A stretch of DNA of 64,000 bases from an uncultured Nitrososphaeraceae archaeon (GTDB lineage: Archaea > Thermoproteota > Nitrososphaeria > Nitrososphaerales > Nitrososphaeraceae), in contig CAWGVG010000003.1 in the NCBI GenBank assembly GCA_963825865.1, positions 64,001-128,000 on the forward strand. Reading direction: 5' to 3'. The translations under genes and the position numbers were made by a program. This document shows, piece by piece, positions 47,957-59,532 of this stretch. Numbering within the stretch: position 1 is the stretch's first letter; every line of letters starts with the position of its first letter. The notes beneath the pieces were generated by a model, which had not been told where the DNA came from, made no database searches, and saw only the letters and a list, made by a program, of their open reading frames with translations.

Positions 47957-48223
47957 TGGAAAAAACTGCAAAAGGCCTTGGAATGAAGTGCATTCCAATG
48001 GAAAAGCCCTTGGAAAACTTTTGTCTGGAAAAATTAATGACATTTACCTCATGTTACCTTGTCACTTATTCCAAAGCGTTTTACACGTCTTTTTCCACAC
48101 TTTTCCAATGGAAAAAATACTTTTCCACGAGTTTGTATTACAAATGTAAACAATTGTAAACAACGGGAGTAAATTGTAAACAATTGTATACAGCTGTAAA
48201 CAGAATCAGTCTACATGTTTACA
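47957..48223. promoter_or_regulatory. Array of short iterated motifs (TGGAAAA/TTTTCCA x8; TGTAAACA-like x6)
   Basis: TGGAAAA at 47957, 47999, 48011, 48026, 48109; TTTTCCA at 48091, 48101, 48121; TGTAAACA at 48145, 48155, 48175, 48195; TGTATACA at 48185; inverted TGTTTACA at 48216. Confidence 0.65.
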
Positions 48224-48936
48224 ATAGCAAAAGCAGAAAAAAAAGAAAGTGCTTTTGCCATTATTCTTTCAAGCAAATGCTATTGTAGATGGCATATTTG
48301 TTGTATGCTGTTCCTTTCCGCTCGACATCCTTCAAGCACCGCTCCCAATTTTTAAAACTCCATTTCTTTCGGCATTTTTTAGGGAATCACCTTAATCTTT
48401 TATTTTCTTGGAATTGTTTGAGCTGGAGATATTTATGATTCACAAGAATAAAAAATAATAATAAAATAAATAACAATCTACTATCTAGAGAATTTAATTT
48501 ATAGGAAATTCTAATCTACTAAAAAAGGAAAAGCGACGTCTTTAGGCTCGGCTATTATATAAGACATAATTTGGGTTTACCGCCTAGAATAGAGATTTAT
48601 TACAACAGTATCTAAACGTAGTTTATAAAGTAAAATTTTCATACCAAATATGAACTATCGATATCACATTCCAACCTAAGAAGATCGTTGATATCATAGT
48701 ATCATTCTCCTTCAGAAGATGCAGCATCCATAGTCTTTACGATTCCCTGAAGGTGTTTCTCCATCATCTTCCCCTTTTTTGTAGATACTGGCTAGAATAT
48801 ACTACTTCTTTGGAGGATTTATTTTTACAATATAATATACCAAAAAAAACCACTTAATTCTTTCTATCCTACAATAATACTTATTATCAAAACAACTTGC
48901 CAGTCCTTTTTTTGCACATAATGACGGTTATTTTAC

Positions 48937-50331
48937 TTATTGTTGCTCCTTCTTTTTAAAAGCTCTTTTCCTTTTAGCACTTGTTCCAGTTTCCCTTGTG
49001 TCAGCAGAAACAATTTCGATAAGTTTCGCTTTTCTATTTGAGTCTCGTTTGGGTCTTAGCAGCCTGCCAAGCCTTTGAATAAACTCCCTACTACTTCCGG
49101 TTCCACTTAGAATTATACCTAATTCCGCATCTGGAACGTCCACTCCCTCGTCTAAGACTTTAGAAGTAACTATTGCGGTATATCTTCCGTCTCTAAATCC
49201 CTGTAAAGTATCCTGTCTTTCTATCTTGCTTGATTTGTGAGTTATACAAGGGATTAGAAACCTGTCTGATATCTCATATACCAATTTGTTATGTTGGGTA
49301 AATATTATTAATTTTATTCCTTTATTATCTGAAAGGATTTGCTTTAGCTCTTCTAATTTGGATTTGCTATTTAGCGCTATGTCCATGGCTTTGTTTCTTG
49401 CAAGTATAGCCTGTCTTGCAATAGGGCTTCTCCCGGACATCATTATTAATTTATGAAAGGCGATAGGTAGGTTCATTCTTAATCCTAACTTCAGCAAAGA
49501 AGTCTGGTAGATACCAAAGCTCCTTTTGTACTCTTCAAGTTCTTCTGGCCACATATTTACCTGTCTTCTTTCAATTTCATAAGAAGCAAGATGTTTTGCT
49601 TTGGCAAGATCACTACTCTGAGCTTCAAATACTACACCACCAACAAGCCTTGGAAATTCTTTATGCATGTTATCCTCTCTTTCGATTGTGGCTGTTAATC
49701 CTAGTCTGAATGGAGATGCTAACTGTTCTGCTATCGATCTATAGCCTGGTGCTCCTAAATGATGTACTTCGTCAAATATTATAAAAGCAAATTTGTTACC
49801 TATGTTTGCTGCTCGTATGTATGCGGAGTCATACGTAGATACAGTAATTGCTTGAATGTCATCTGTTCCTCCACCCAAATTTCCAATTTTTATATTTGTA
49901 AAATATTTTGATAGAACTGAATTCCATTGATCCATAAGATCAATAGTTGGTACTATGACTAGTGATGCAGAGTTTACTATTTCTATTGCCTTGACTCCTA
50001 TGACTGTCTTACCTGAACCTGTGGGTAATACTATACAGCCTTTCTTACCTGCTTTAACCCAGCTGTCAAGTGCTTTTTGTTGGTAATCTCTTAGAGAGAG
50101 ACTGCTATGGTTGTTATCTATTAAAATATTTGGACAAGGCACAAGATCTAAAACATGATTATCGTCATATTCTATTTCGCTCTGTTTTAAATACTCTATA
50201 ATATTTTGATAATACAATGCCTGTGCTCTTAGATGATTTGTCCTTGGATCAACTGTAGCAAAAGGTATGTGAGCAATACCGCCTGTTATTAGTATTGTAC
50301 CATTATCATACCTTAAAACTGCTTTGAGCAT
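48937..50331 (-). CDS. xpb: XPB/Rad25 superfamily 2 helicase
   Basis: LRDYQ, LPTGSGKT, DEVHH, LTATIERED (RED motif), LDEGVDVP and QRLGRLLR. Confidence 0.92.
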   Translation of the reverse strand: MLKAVLRYDNGTILITGGIAHIPFATVDPRTNHLRAQALYYQNIIEYLKQSEIEYDDNHVLDLVPCPNILIDNNHSSLSLRDYQQKALDSWVKAGKKGCIVLPTGSGKTVIGVKAIEIVNSASLVIVPTIDLMDQWNSVLSKYFTNIKIGNLGGGTDDIQAITVSTYDSAYIRAANIGNKFAFIIFDEVHHLGAPGYRSIAEQLASPFRLGLTATIEREDNMHKEFPRLVGGVVFEAQSSDLAKAKHLASYEIERRQVNMWPEELEEYKRSFGIYQTSLLKLGLRMNLPIAFHKLIMMSGRSPIARQAILARNKAMDIALNSKSKLEELKQILSDNKGIKLIIFTQHNKLVYEISDRFLIPCITHKSSKIERQDTLQGFRDGRYTAIVTSKVLDEGVDVPDAELGIILSGTGSSREFIQRLGRLLRPKRDSNRKAKLIEIVSADTRETGTSAKRKRAFKKKEQQ

Positions 50332-50474
50332 TCTTTTCTTTACAATATTATATACAGAGAACAGATTAAAAGCCTTGAGCTTTGGTTGTTGCTCAAATAT
50401 TAATTAAATTAAATTTACAAATAGTGGGCATTACCCGGCCTTTTTGCTAATACATGTATGAATTACAATTGGTT

Positions 50475-51059
50475 TTAGATGTGTGAAATGTCTTCGTCTT
50501 CCCATAATCTCATCCTATCCAGTTTATCCTTCCTTCTGGCCTCTTCTAGCATCTTGTAAACATTTTTGTGCGACCTTCCTTTTGAAAGCATAGTTACTGC
50601 ATCTGTAGCAAGTTTAATTTCTTTGAATGTTCCTATTAGTCCAACAGTATGACCATATACTGAAATATAGGCACCAGTTAGGTCTTCAATGTTTTTCCTA
50701 GATTTACCTTCTTCTCCGATTATCCTTCCTTTAATTCTCTCCATTGAATTACGTGATTTTCCAGCATAGTCTCTTAAATCTATTAATTGAAAGGTCTCTT
50801 CTTCTTCCTCAAGTAGTCTATATGCGCGTCGGGGTGAAAATCCCTTTGAAATAGCAGAGATTATCTCTACTGCCTTGAACGGTTCAATTTTCGTGGATGG
50901 TTCCTGAGGTCCCGAGGAAATTATAGCATCACCAGTTTCACTATCTATTTCAACCATGACATTACATTTTTCTTGAATTTCTTCCTTTACTTTACCATTT
51001 TTGCCAATTATCACACCTATTCTATCCATAGGAATTCTTACTCCTTGTTGGAAACTCAT
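50475..51059 (-). CDS. KH-domain rRNA processing protein (Dim2/Pno1)
   Basis: IGVIIGKNG and RIKGRIIGEEGK KH loops; adjacent to RIO1. Confidence 0.92.
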   Translation of the reverse strand: MSFQQGVRIPMDRIGVIIGKNGKVKEEIQEKCNVMVEIDSETGDAIISSGPQEPSTKIEPFKAVEIISAISKGFSPRRAYRLLEEEEETFQLIDLRDYAGKSRNSMERIKGRIIGEEGKSRKNIEDLTGAYISVYGHTVGLIGTFKEIKLATDAVTMLSKGRSHKNVYKMLEEARRKDKLDRMRLWEDEDISHI

Positions 51060-51060
51060 T

Positions 51061-51909
51061 TTATTTTCCTCCTATAATTTCCTGAATTGCTAAATCATTA
51101 TTCAAAACTTGAATACCTCGCTTTTCAAAAAATCCATTAATGTTAATTATGTCGCGGATCAAAAATTGTTTTGAATTGGGATGTCTGATGTTTACCGAAG
51201 ACCCAAAATCAAAGAACATAATTCGCCCGTCTCTACACTTGAATATATTGTATTCAGATAAATCGGCATGGACTAATTCTGCTTTTTGATATAGTTTTGA
51301 TGCCTGTAGAATGATTTCATCATAGTCTTTAGAGGTGACCGATTCCGAATATAGCAAATTGGAACAAGGGTTGCCTTCGTCATCACCTATAAAGTCCATT
51401 ACTAAAACATTTCGCCGGACCTCATATGGAGCAGGAACATTTACTCCATTATTATATGCAGTTTTCAAATTTTTGAATTCTTTCTTGGCCCAAGTCGCTA
51501 TTAAATTACGAGTGCCTTTCTTAATATGAGAAAATCGTGGATCGCCATCTATATATTGCATTCGTTTCTTAAATTCGGTGTTTGCCTGAAGGTATATTTT
51601 TACTGCTAGAAAATTGTGACTATCGTCTACCGCTAGATATACCTTAGACTCCTTGCCTGATGCAATAGAACTTTTGATAGTTTTTATTATCTTATCGTTA
51701 ATCAATTTGTTAATTACCATAAGAGTGGGCATATCAAATACATCGCCAACAACACTGTAATCTTCAGATCTCTTCCAAAGGAATCTGTTTTCACGCTCAT
51801 GTCGATATAACCTCCTGTCTACTTTATTGATTACTTTTTGCTTTTCTTCATCAAACTCATTTTCTCCTATTCCTTCTTTTTCTTGTATTTCTTCTATTTC
51901 CTCAAACAA
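51061..51909 (-). CDS. rio1: RIO1 serine/threonine kinase
   Basis: SGKESKVY, AVKIY, WAKKEFKNL, LVHADLSEYNI and FDFG. Confidence 0.94.
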   Translation of the reverse strand: MFEEIEEIQEKEGIGENEFDEEKQKVINKVDRRLYRHERENRFLWKRSEDYSVVGDVFDMPTLMVINKLINDKIIKTIKSSIASGKESKVYLAVDDSHNFLAVKIYLQANTEFKKRMQYIDGDPRFSHIKKGTRNLIATWAKKEFKNLKTAYNNGVNVPAPYEVRRNVLVMDFIGDDEGNPCSNLLYSESVTSKDYDEIILQASKLYQKAELVHADLSEYNIFKCRDGRIMFFDFGSSVNIRHPNSKQFLIRDIININGFFEKRGIQVLNNDLAIQEIIGGK

Positions 51910-51958
51910 TATAATATATATTATTATGATGCAGTCTTTATTATTTAACTCTTGGTCA

Positions 51959-52291
51959 TCAATATTTATTATGAAATTTAAAAATCATCAGGAACGGTAC
52001 TCCTGAGATTCTCTTTATGGTCACTTCTTTTGCATATCGCAAATCCAAAGCCATTTTCACAATTCTTTCTCCAACTAAATTGGCAATAGAACAAGATCTC
52101 AATAGCCTTTCAGCCTGAGAATCTTCAATTATCTCTTGCTGAAAGTATTCTTTTGACAGATCGACTATCAGTTCTCCTTGCTCTAATTTTAACCCTATCA
52201 ACTCAATATCACATATATTAATCATGGTTGAACCTTGATATTTCATCGTTCTTAGCCCATATCTCTGGCTGCCTTTTTCTTTTTCATACAA
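51959..52291 (-). CDS. DUF424 family protein
   Basis: ICD.ELIG, IANLVGE and ISGVP. Confidence 0.85.
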   Translation of the reverse strand: MYEKEKGSQRYGLRTMKYQGSTMINICDIELIGLKLEQGELIVDLSKEYFQQEIIEDSQAERLLRSCSIANLVGERIVKMALDLRYAKEVTIKRISGVPFLMIFKFHNKY

Positions 52292-53369
52292 ACTATAGCA
52301 GTAGTTTTAATGATCGAAATATAATTAAATAAATATATTGGACGTGCATTAATTACTAAAAATACGATATAATTTGTTCTTGACGGTACTCCATAGTCTA
52401 AATTGTGGTTTATATAACGACAATAAATATACCTGTAGATAAGTCCTAATGTTGTACAATAAATGGATCGAACGTAGATATTCATTTCGAAGATTGATAG
52501 AGAAATGAAACTAAAAATAAAATAATAGAAAAATAAATAATGATAACTTCTTTTTATTGAACTCTAGAAAACTCTGCTCTATATGTATAAAGTATATACA
52601 ACATTTGGAATTGTCGCCATACTAGTTGCAGTATATGCAACTTCAAATGCAATCAAATGACATATAGCATTGGCTGTAACTGCTGAAGAAATACAACTAA
52701 AGAACCTTATTCAAGCTCATAAGGATATAAATAGTGAAGGTCCTCAAATGATGGTAGGACATTTCAGCAATGTACCATTTGCAGGAAAAGCACCGGAACA
52801 ACTGTTTATTGTTTTCACCATCTACTCATGTCAGATTCATGCTACCCCCTTTTATTCACATACTGTTAATTAGTCAAAATTGGGAAATCATCCAATGTTC
52901 TTCTTCCTGTGTGTTATTTGTGATATTTAATCAAAAGGGATAATCTCAAATAAGTAATTAATACCTCTATACTGTTGCCCAATAAACAGTGCTGTTAAAC
53001 CATTTCTTTTTCTCAAATAAATGAGGAGATAGAAACAATAAACCCTTGAGATTCCTATATAGAAAAATTCTTGTAGCGTATATTAGGAATAGGCCCTCAG
53101 ATCCAGGGAAGACTTTCTGTTTCCAAAGTTTTAGGAAAACATACAACAACAACGTACATTATATAACCAAAAGTAAGCAATCTACCCGCACAACCAAAAT
53201 ACTGTCTGGCTTAATACTAGAAAAATCGTAAACCCTGCTACAATCGCGCCTCGTACTATAGCAACACTTTTTGTCCAAATACTTTCTCCTACTGTTTCAT
53301 GCTCTCATTTGAATTTTAAAAGTTTGAAAAAGTTTAGCATTTGATTCATAAATTTCGTGTGTTTATTTA

Positions 53370-53573
53370 TTGTCTATTTATTTAGTAGCAGATTCTGTGC
53401 ATGAGTACGTCGCTCCTTTTACTCTAATCTACCATGAATGTATCGATTGTAAGAAGAGAACTCCTCACATTTGTATTACATGTAATTATTGTTATTCGTG
53501 CCATCCAAATATCGAAAGAATAGAAAAAGAACAAGAAAAAAGTGATAAACATGCTAATTTTCTAGATGTATAG
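53370..53573 (+). CDS. Small Cys-rich zinc-binding protein
   Basis: CIDC..PHICITCNYCYSCH. Confidence 0.6.
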   Translation: MSIYLVADSVHEYVAPFTLIYHECIDCKKRTPHICITCNYCYSCHPNIERIEKEQEKSDKHANFLDV

Positions 53574-53973
53574 ACTAGTCTATTTTTTGTAGTAAATCTT
53601 ACAAAAACTAACTAAATAATTCTGCTATCTACCTACTAATATTGGAAGGAGATTTATTTCTGATAAATTATTAGTAATATCGTTTCTGTGCTATTAAACA
53701 TAGAATAACAATTATACAATAATTGGAAAGGATTAATGTAAACAATCTGCAAGTTCATAGGAACATAGCGATATTATAGAAGTAGAAGTAAATAATTCAG
53801 ACTTACTATTAGAAGTGTTGGGTATGAGTTTTAGAATAATTTATTTTTATCTGGACAACCTTTCTAAATCCTCATATACATCTCCATGTTTTTGACCGGC
53901 CCCGCTCTCTCGTTTCTTCTTACCCACGTATTCCCTATTGCTATGGAAAATGACTAATTTACTGAGAAGCGTT

Positions 53974-54428
53974 CTACTGCGCTTGTGTTCCTGGTTTTGG
54001 ACCCTTAATAGCTTGATCTGATATCGGCAATTCAGGGCTATGGTGAGTTTTTGCTTGATCTTGTTGTAACGCCTGCCTCTTTTCAGGTGATAGCACAGGG
54101 GGCTTGGAATGTTCTGTAACGGTTATTTTCTCAGGTGGACCTACGTTCAAAGTGCCGCCATTATGGTTATTATTGTTATTATTGTATTATTTGTTGACTG
54201 CAATGAAGTAAAAGTCCCAGCTATCGCTTGTTGTATCTTCGGCACCATTTTCAAAGAAACCAGCAACTAGCAATGATGATACTACAACAATAGACAATAC
54301 AGAAGCTACTATTATCTTTGGCGTATATGTATCTAGTAATTGATCTGCATTTTAGTATTTGAAAATGATGCCTGTTTTTTATCGTCGTTTATTCATATTT
54401 GAAAATATAGAAGAATACTCGACTACTT
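53974..54428 (-). repeat. Inverted paralogous copy of 38133-38530 (upstream region plus disrupted PPVLSPEK ORF)
   Basis: The reverse complement aligns with 38133-38530 including ~100 bp of non-coding leader; encodes TLNVGPPEKITVTEHSKPPVLSPEKRQALQQDQAKTHHSPELPISDQAIKGPKPGTQAQ*. Confidence 0.85.
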
Positions 54429-55009
54429 AGTAGAGAATATCAAAAACAATACGTCACAAAAGTCAAAAATCTAAATGAAACGTAACAATAACATCCAACA
54501 TTTTTCTTTTAGTTACTGGCTCATTTAGGCTCACATTTATTATTATTATTATTTATGCTTTGTTGCATGATTAATCATCTTGTAAGTGATACTTATTTGA
54601 CCACTCACCATTTAGCAATTATTTAGAGCAATTATTTACAAAGTTATTTTTTGCTATTTTAAACGTTTGTGGATCTCTCAATTCCGGGGTTTTTCAGACA
54701 GCAGTATAAACAAAAGAGGAATTAGGTGGCGGCATTGGGTGCTGGATCATCAAGCTTCTATAGCAGAGATAAGTAGATCAGGTTTTCTAATCTGTCGACC
54801 ATCCTCCCAAACCATTTTTGTAGGACCAGTATACGGCTTTCCTATTAGTTCTTCGTAGATGGTAGAATTAGTAGTACTATTATTGTTCATGATGTAGATA
54901 TCACTAACAATAAGGGGAATATTGTATTTAGCTTTTTTACTTATTTATTCATGGCAAATACATACCGTACACAATCTATTCTGGATCTTTCTTTCGATAG
55001 TAACTTACT

Positions 55010-55243
55010 TTAATATGATTTGCAAATGTTTACAGAAGATATTGGCATCCACTTTATTTTGTTATTGTAACATGAAGGACATTTGGAAATAGATACAATT
55101 CTACTATTATGACAAACATATGAAGCACACCAAAGGCACGAATCACAAAGCAGAAAATGTAGTTGTTTGAAAAAAACCTCTTTTTTGTTATTGTAAGAGA
55201 TATTATTATTTGTCCTAATTTCAATGGATTCTACAAGATTCAC
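55010..55243 (-). CDS. Small zinc-ribbon protein
   Basis: FLLCDSCLWCAS...CPSC...MPIS. Confidence 0.65.
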   Translation of the reverse strand: MNLVESIEIRTNNNISYNNKKEVFFKQLHFLLCDSCLWCASYVCHNSRIVSISKCPSCYNNKIKWMPISSVNICKSY

Positions 55244-55533
55244 TCAACTACCTCCTGCGTGTTGCAAAAAGTACCAGTACTTTTCTCTAAAAACATCGAA
55301 TAGTAAATAATGCTATCGAATATATGAGTTGTCATACATTCTATGCCAAATGCCCATACTCGTTTAGTAGTAGCATTCTTGCACCTTTTAGTATTATCTT
55401 CTTCTTTGTACCATTATTTTGTACACGCGTGAAGCTTTTCTGTTCTCCAGACACGAAGTAAGTAGGTTAAATCTCGATACCAAAATGGTAAAAAGAGCTA
55501 TATATATAATAGCAGTCACTGTTTGAGTGAGAA

Positions 55534-55687
55534 ATGTCTGATTCTAGCCCTTCATCACCATCATCTGCCGATCCAAACGGTGGCTACGTATGTAAAACAT
55601 GTGGCCTTGCTTTCACAACCGAACAAGCTCTAGGCAGCACATATAGATTCTGAACATCCAGAGTCACAACACGCCGAGGTATTCTAA
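55534..55687 (+). CDS. C2H2 zinc-finger microprotein (1-bp indel; missed by the ORF track)
   Basis: MSDSSPSSPSSADPNGGYVCKTCGLAFTTEQAL/HIDSEHPESQHAEVF* gives C-x2-C-x3-F-x5-L-x2-H-x4-H. Confidence 0.65.
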
Positions 55688-56342
55688 TCTAATGCAGAAT
55701 GGCAATATGTGGATACTAAAAGTATAGAATGATGGTAAGAGTATCACAAGTTCATAAGTAGTAATGAAGATGGTAACTAGCTTTTCATGGTCATTTAGAT
55801 ATAACAATAGTTCAGCTACTCTTAGAACATATGATTTGGACATTAGTAGTATATTTGAGAAAAACCTAACTGTTAAAAAAGAGAACAACAATTTGTATGT
55901 ATATACATATGTAAAGACATGGAATGATCAATGAATATTTATTGAGATTGTAATGATCCTTTTTTAAGTATTCCAGAGTCAAACAATGTCTTAGAATTCA
56001 TTAACTTGATTTTGGTTTTTTATGTTCCCAAGTGCTGTTATTAAAGCCTGCAGTTGATTGTTTTGTATCTCGATTTGTTTGATGATGACGATGTTGATAA
56101 TGAATGCCTGGACATCTTCTTTCTTTTTACATATAGAGTATTAGTTAATAATATTTTGTATGAGCAAATATTATATCCAGATAATGTTTTTCTTAGTTCT
56201 ATCTCGAGCTAGAATATGTCTTCTGTTGAATAACAGGAGACGATATAATCTTTACAGTAATAGCACACACATGCACATGACATATTGGAGGAAGCTGTAA
56301 TAACCCAGAGAAATACAGACAATAATAATACATGTTGAGGTT

Positions 56343-56987
56343 TTAAGGATGATAGTTTGGGTTTAACCATTCAATGAATGGCGCGCAGTTTAATGAACGG
56401 CTATCATGGAGGTATTGTGGAATTATTTTTATATATTTGAATCCATTCTTTAACTGAAATGACAAAACTGGGTCATGCATTTCACCTCTTTCCACTTTAC
56501 CTGCATATTCATCTGCAGACATCTTATCTGCATATTCACAGTAGTTGTATAACCTACCCCCACCTATTATTCTTTTTAAATTGAATTTTATGGCCAATTT
56601 CTTTCTAGCATTAAAGAGCATCGTTGCAATTCCAAGCCCACGAAAATCAGGATGAGTGCAGATATCATCTGCATAAAGACTATCGCCATTAGGATTGTGG
56701 CTTTTAAAACGGTTCCGATTCCCAGCAATATCATACCAAGTATGATCACGATATTCAGGATATAATAATACAATTAAGCTGGTTGCAGACGCAACTATTC
56801 TTCCATCTAATTCTGCACAAAACTGTCCTTCGGGAAATAGATTAATATGATCTTCAAGAAATGATGGTTCATATATAATTCCAGCAGCAACATCTGGAAA
56901 TGATTCTCTCTGTATTGCAACTATTTGGGAAATGTCCTTTTTATAAGTATTTCTAAGTATCATGTTATTAGATTTCATATCACACAT
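56343..56987 (-). CDS. GNAT-family N-acetyltransferase
   Basis: FPEGQF, HNPNGDSLY, HPDFRGLGIA, GGRL, DPVLSFQL.NGF and EWLNP. Confidence 0.88.
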   Translation of the reverse strand: MCDMKSNNMILRNTYKKDISQIVAIQRESFPDVAAGIIYEPSFLEDHINLFPEGQFCAELDGRIVASATSLIVLLYPEYRDHTWYDIAGNRNRFKSHNPNGDSLYADDICTHPDFRGLGIATMLFNARKKLAIKFNLKRIIGGGRLYNYCEYADKMSADEYAGKVERGEMHDPVLSFQLKNGFKYIKIIPQYLHDSRSLNCAPFIEWLNPNYHP

Positions 56988-57246
56988 CTACCAAAGAAGA
57001 GTCTCTTTATTTACTCATCTGGATTTTAATAAAATCATCTTACTTCAGTATCTGGAAATCTGAGGATTATTTATGCAGAATCCAATTATTGATTCTTCCT
57101 TTCGAAGTTTGTACCTAAAACTATTATGAAAAGAGGAACTCGCTTCCACAAGGTGATTATAAGATGATTGAACTAAATAACATACATCCTTCTTCATCTT
57201 ATTCTTTTATCATATTCAAAATAATTAATTTTCAATTTTTTTATTA

Positions 57247-58101
57247 TTAACCATATGTTTCGATTTTGATATCAAAGGATCCATCTTTTCTTTTGTTTCT
57301 ATTGGTGACAAATCCTAATGGAGTTAGTAACGAAATGACTGCGTTAATTGTTCCCTGATATCCACAAATGTAAAAGAATGAATTTTGCGGTGTAATATTT
57401 TCGCCTACAAGTCGTTCTACTTCTGAATTTTTATTACCATTTTTTCTCATAAGCAATGTCTCTACCCTCCCAGTGTTTCCTTTCCAATTTTTAGACAAAG
57501 GATGGTCGGGCCTGCTAACAGTCGATACATATCTAAAATTCCAATCACTATCTGGATTGACTACGAGATTTTCTAAAATGTCTTTATAGCCAAGCTCTGC
57601 TGCATATCTTGCACCATGGAGCAACATTATTTCTTTAGACGTTCCTATTTTTCTTAAATGAATAATATAACTGATGAATGGCGCAAGGCCAGTTCCTGAA
57701 GCAACCAAGACCAACCTCCTAGATTCGGGCGTATTATCTTTTTTATTTTCTTCAATTGTAAAAGCACCTGCAGGTTTCCGCCAGAAAATAGTATCGCCTA
57801 CCTTTAATTTAAATATCATACTCGTAATTTTCCCTGGAATGGGTTCAGTTGCCCACTTGATATAAAATTCAAAATATTTCTTTTCTTCGGGCGGAGATGC
57901 GATAGAATATGCTCTATTTGTTATTTTACCATCATCAGATAATCTTACCCCCAATGTAACAAATTGCCCTGGTTTGAACTCTGGAATTTCACTGCCATCT
58001 TCTGGTTGAATCCTTATTATTGCCAAATCATCTGTCAAATGTTTTTTATAAATAATTTTTCCTAGCAGGGGTTGTGCTTGGCTACTCCTAGCCAACGTCA
58101 T
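57247..58101 (-). CDS. Ferredoxin--NADP+ reductase-like flavoprotein
   Basis: FKPGQF, RAYSIAS, ASGTGLAPF, LHGAR, YICG and terminal ETY. Confidence 0.9.
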   Translation of the reverse strand: MTLARSSQAQPLLGKIIYKKHLTDDLAIIRIQPEDGSEIPEFKPGQFVTLGVRLSDDGKITNRAYSIASPPEEKKYFEFYIKWATEPIPGKITSMIFKLKVGDTIFWRKPAGAFTIEENKKDNTPESRRLVLVASGTGLAPFISYIIHLRKIGTSKEIMLLHGARYAAELGYKDILENLVVNPDSDWNFRYVSTVSRPDHPLSKNWKGNTGRVETLLMRKNGNKNSEVERLVGENITPQNSFFYICGYQGTINAVISLLTPLGFVTNRNKRKDGSFDIKIETYG

Positions 58102-58548
58102 AGATGAGTAGTCTAATGGGCTTCCGTATAAATTATTATCCTAGTTACCTTAATGACTAAAATAGTATATCTGCTAACCGAAGCCGATATAGCTCTGTAA
58201 TTGTCGCAAGCTTTGGCAAAAGGGCTCAATAATAATTTTAGAGCAGCGTCAAAAAAACTCGGTGAAAATTTTTTTGTACCTTATGATATATGAGTATTGT
58301 GTCCCTAACTGCTACAATATTATTTTCTGCGTGTAAGGAAGGATAACGGCCTTTATTCTCTATTCTTGGGGTTCTGGACATCACAAGGAATAATACGTTA
58401 GTAAGGGATAAATTTTCTTCATGCTTTTATTGCCGTAGTATCTATAGAATAGATAATATTCTTATATTAGATTATTCTATAATATAATATATGTTTTGCA
58501 TAGCGTTACACTGCGAAGCTCTGTTGTCAGTAGGAGAAATTCAGCCCT

Positions 58549-59532
58549 ATGACTAAGCCCAATTGGGCCTGTGCCGATTGCGGTATGCATTCTTCGAGAA
58601 AGTATAGCATAAAGCGTCATATTCAAAACCTACATAATGGAAACGGGCAAATTATTTCGTTTGTCAATTACATAGCTGGCAGTCAAACTGGAATATATCC
58701 CCAGGGCCTACCTTCTACTTATGTAAAGAAGAGCAGTTTTACTACTATTCCAAAAACTAGGCCTATGGATATCCTGCAAAATGAACTCTTGAAAGCAATT
58801 GCTTGGAAGTCGGTAAATAAAAAGACCTCGTATCATCTGCCTCACCAAACGCCATTACCAAATCATCAGCAAATCTTCGCTAATCAATTTCAAGCATCCC
58901 CAACGCCAAGTTATTATCAGTCTCCTCCCGTTCCACTCTTCTCCTCCCAAGGCTTTGTTTTCAAATTAGAAGATATCTTTGGATTTGAAGTGCGCGTATG
59001 CGATAAATGCTCGACGATAAAACCAATCATGATTTGTTATGCGAATGAGGGTGAAGTCGGACAAGTAAGAATAGGGATGACTTGCTGTAATTCAATAGAA
59101 CTACCTTATAATTGCAAAAAGGTAAACGAGAATGGCCAGCAAAAATTCCTCAGGATATTAAAGAACCTTGCTGACCGATGGACAAAAATAAATAATGATA
59201 ATAATAAAAAAACATGTGCAGTGGCACTTAAACTATCATTAGATGAAATAATAACAGGTAATCACAGAATTAAGGTAAAATGCGGAATTCCAGCGAGATC
59301 CATTACTTTGCAGTGTTCAGAAGAGAAATACATCGAATTAACAAGCCTTGCAGACGAAAGTTGCTGGGTAAGAAGAGTTATTGAAGAAAAACAAACTATG
59401 TTGAACGATCATGAACTGATCGATTTCCTGCATAAAGTAGGAAATGCGACTTTTGGATTCTTTAAACTTGATACACAACTATATTTAATAGTGATCACTA
59501 ATAACAATAATATCAGCATAAAATCCCATTAG
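58549..59532 (+). CDS. Hypothetical protein with N-terminal C2H2 zinc finger
   Basis: WACADCGMHSSRKYSIKRHIQNLH; internal CDKC..CC. Confidence 0.7.
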   Translation: MTKPNWACADCGMHSSRKYSIKRHIQNLHNGNGQIISFVNYIAGSQTGIYPQGLPSTYVKKSSFTTIPKTRPMDILQNELLKAIAWKSVNKKTSYHLPHQTPLPNHQQIFANQFQASPTPSYYQSPPVPLFSSQGFVFKLEDIFGFEVRVCDKCSTIKPIMICYANEGEVGQVRIGMTCCNSIELPYNCKKVNENGQQKFLRILKNLADRWTKINNDNNKKTCAVALKLSLDEIITGNHRIKVKCGIPARSITLQCSEEKYIELTSLADESCWVRRVIEEKQTMLNDHELIDFLHKVGNATFGFFKLDTQLYLIVITNNNNISIKSH

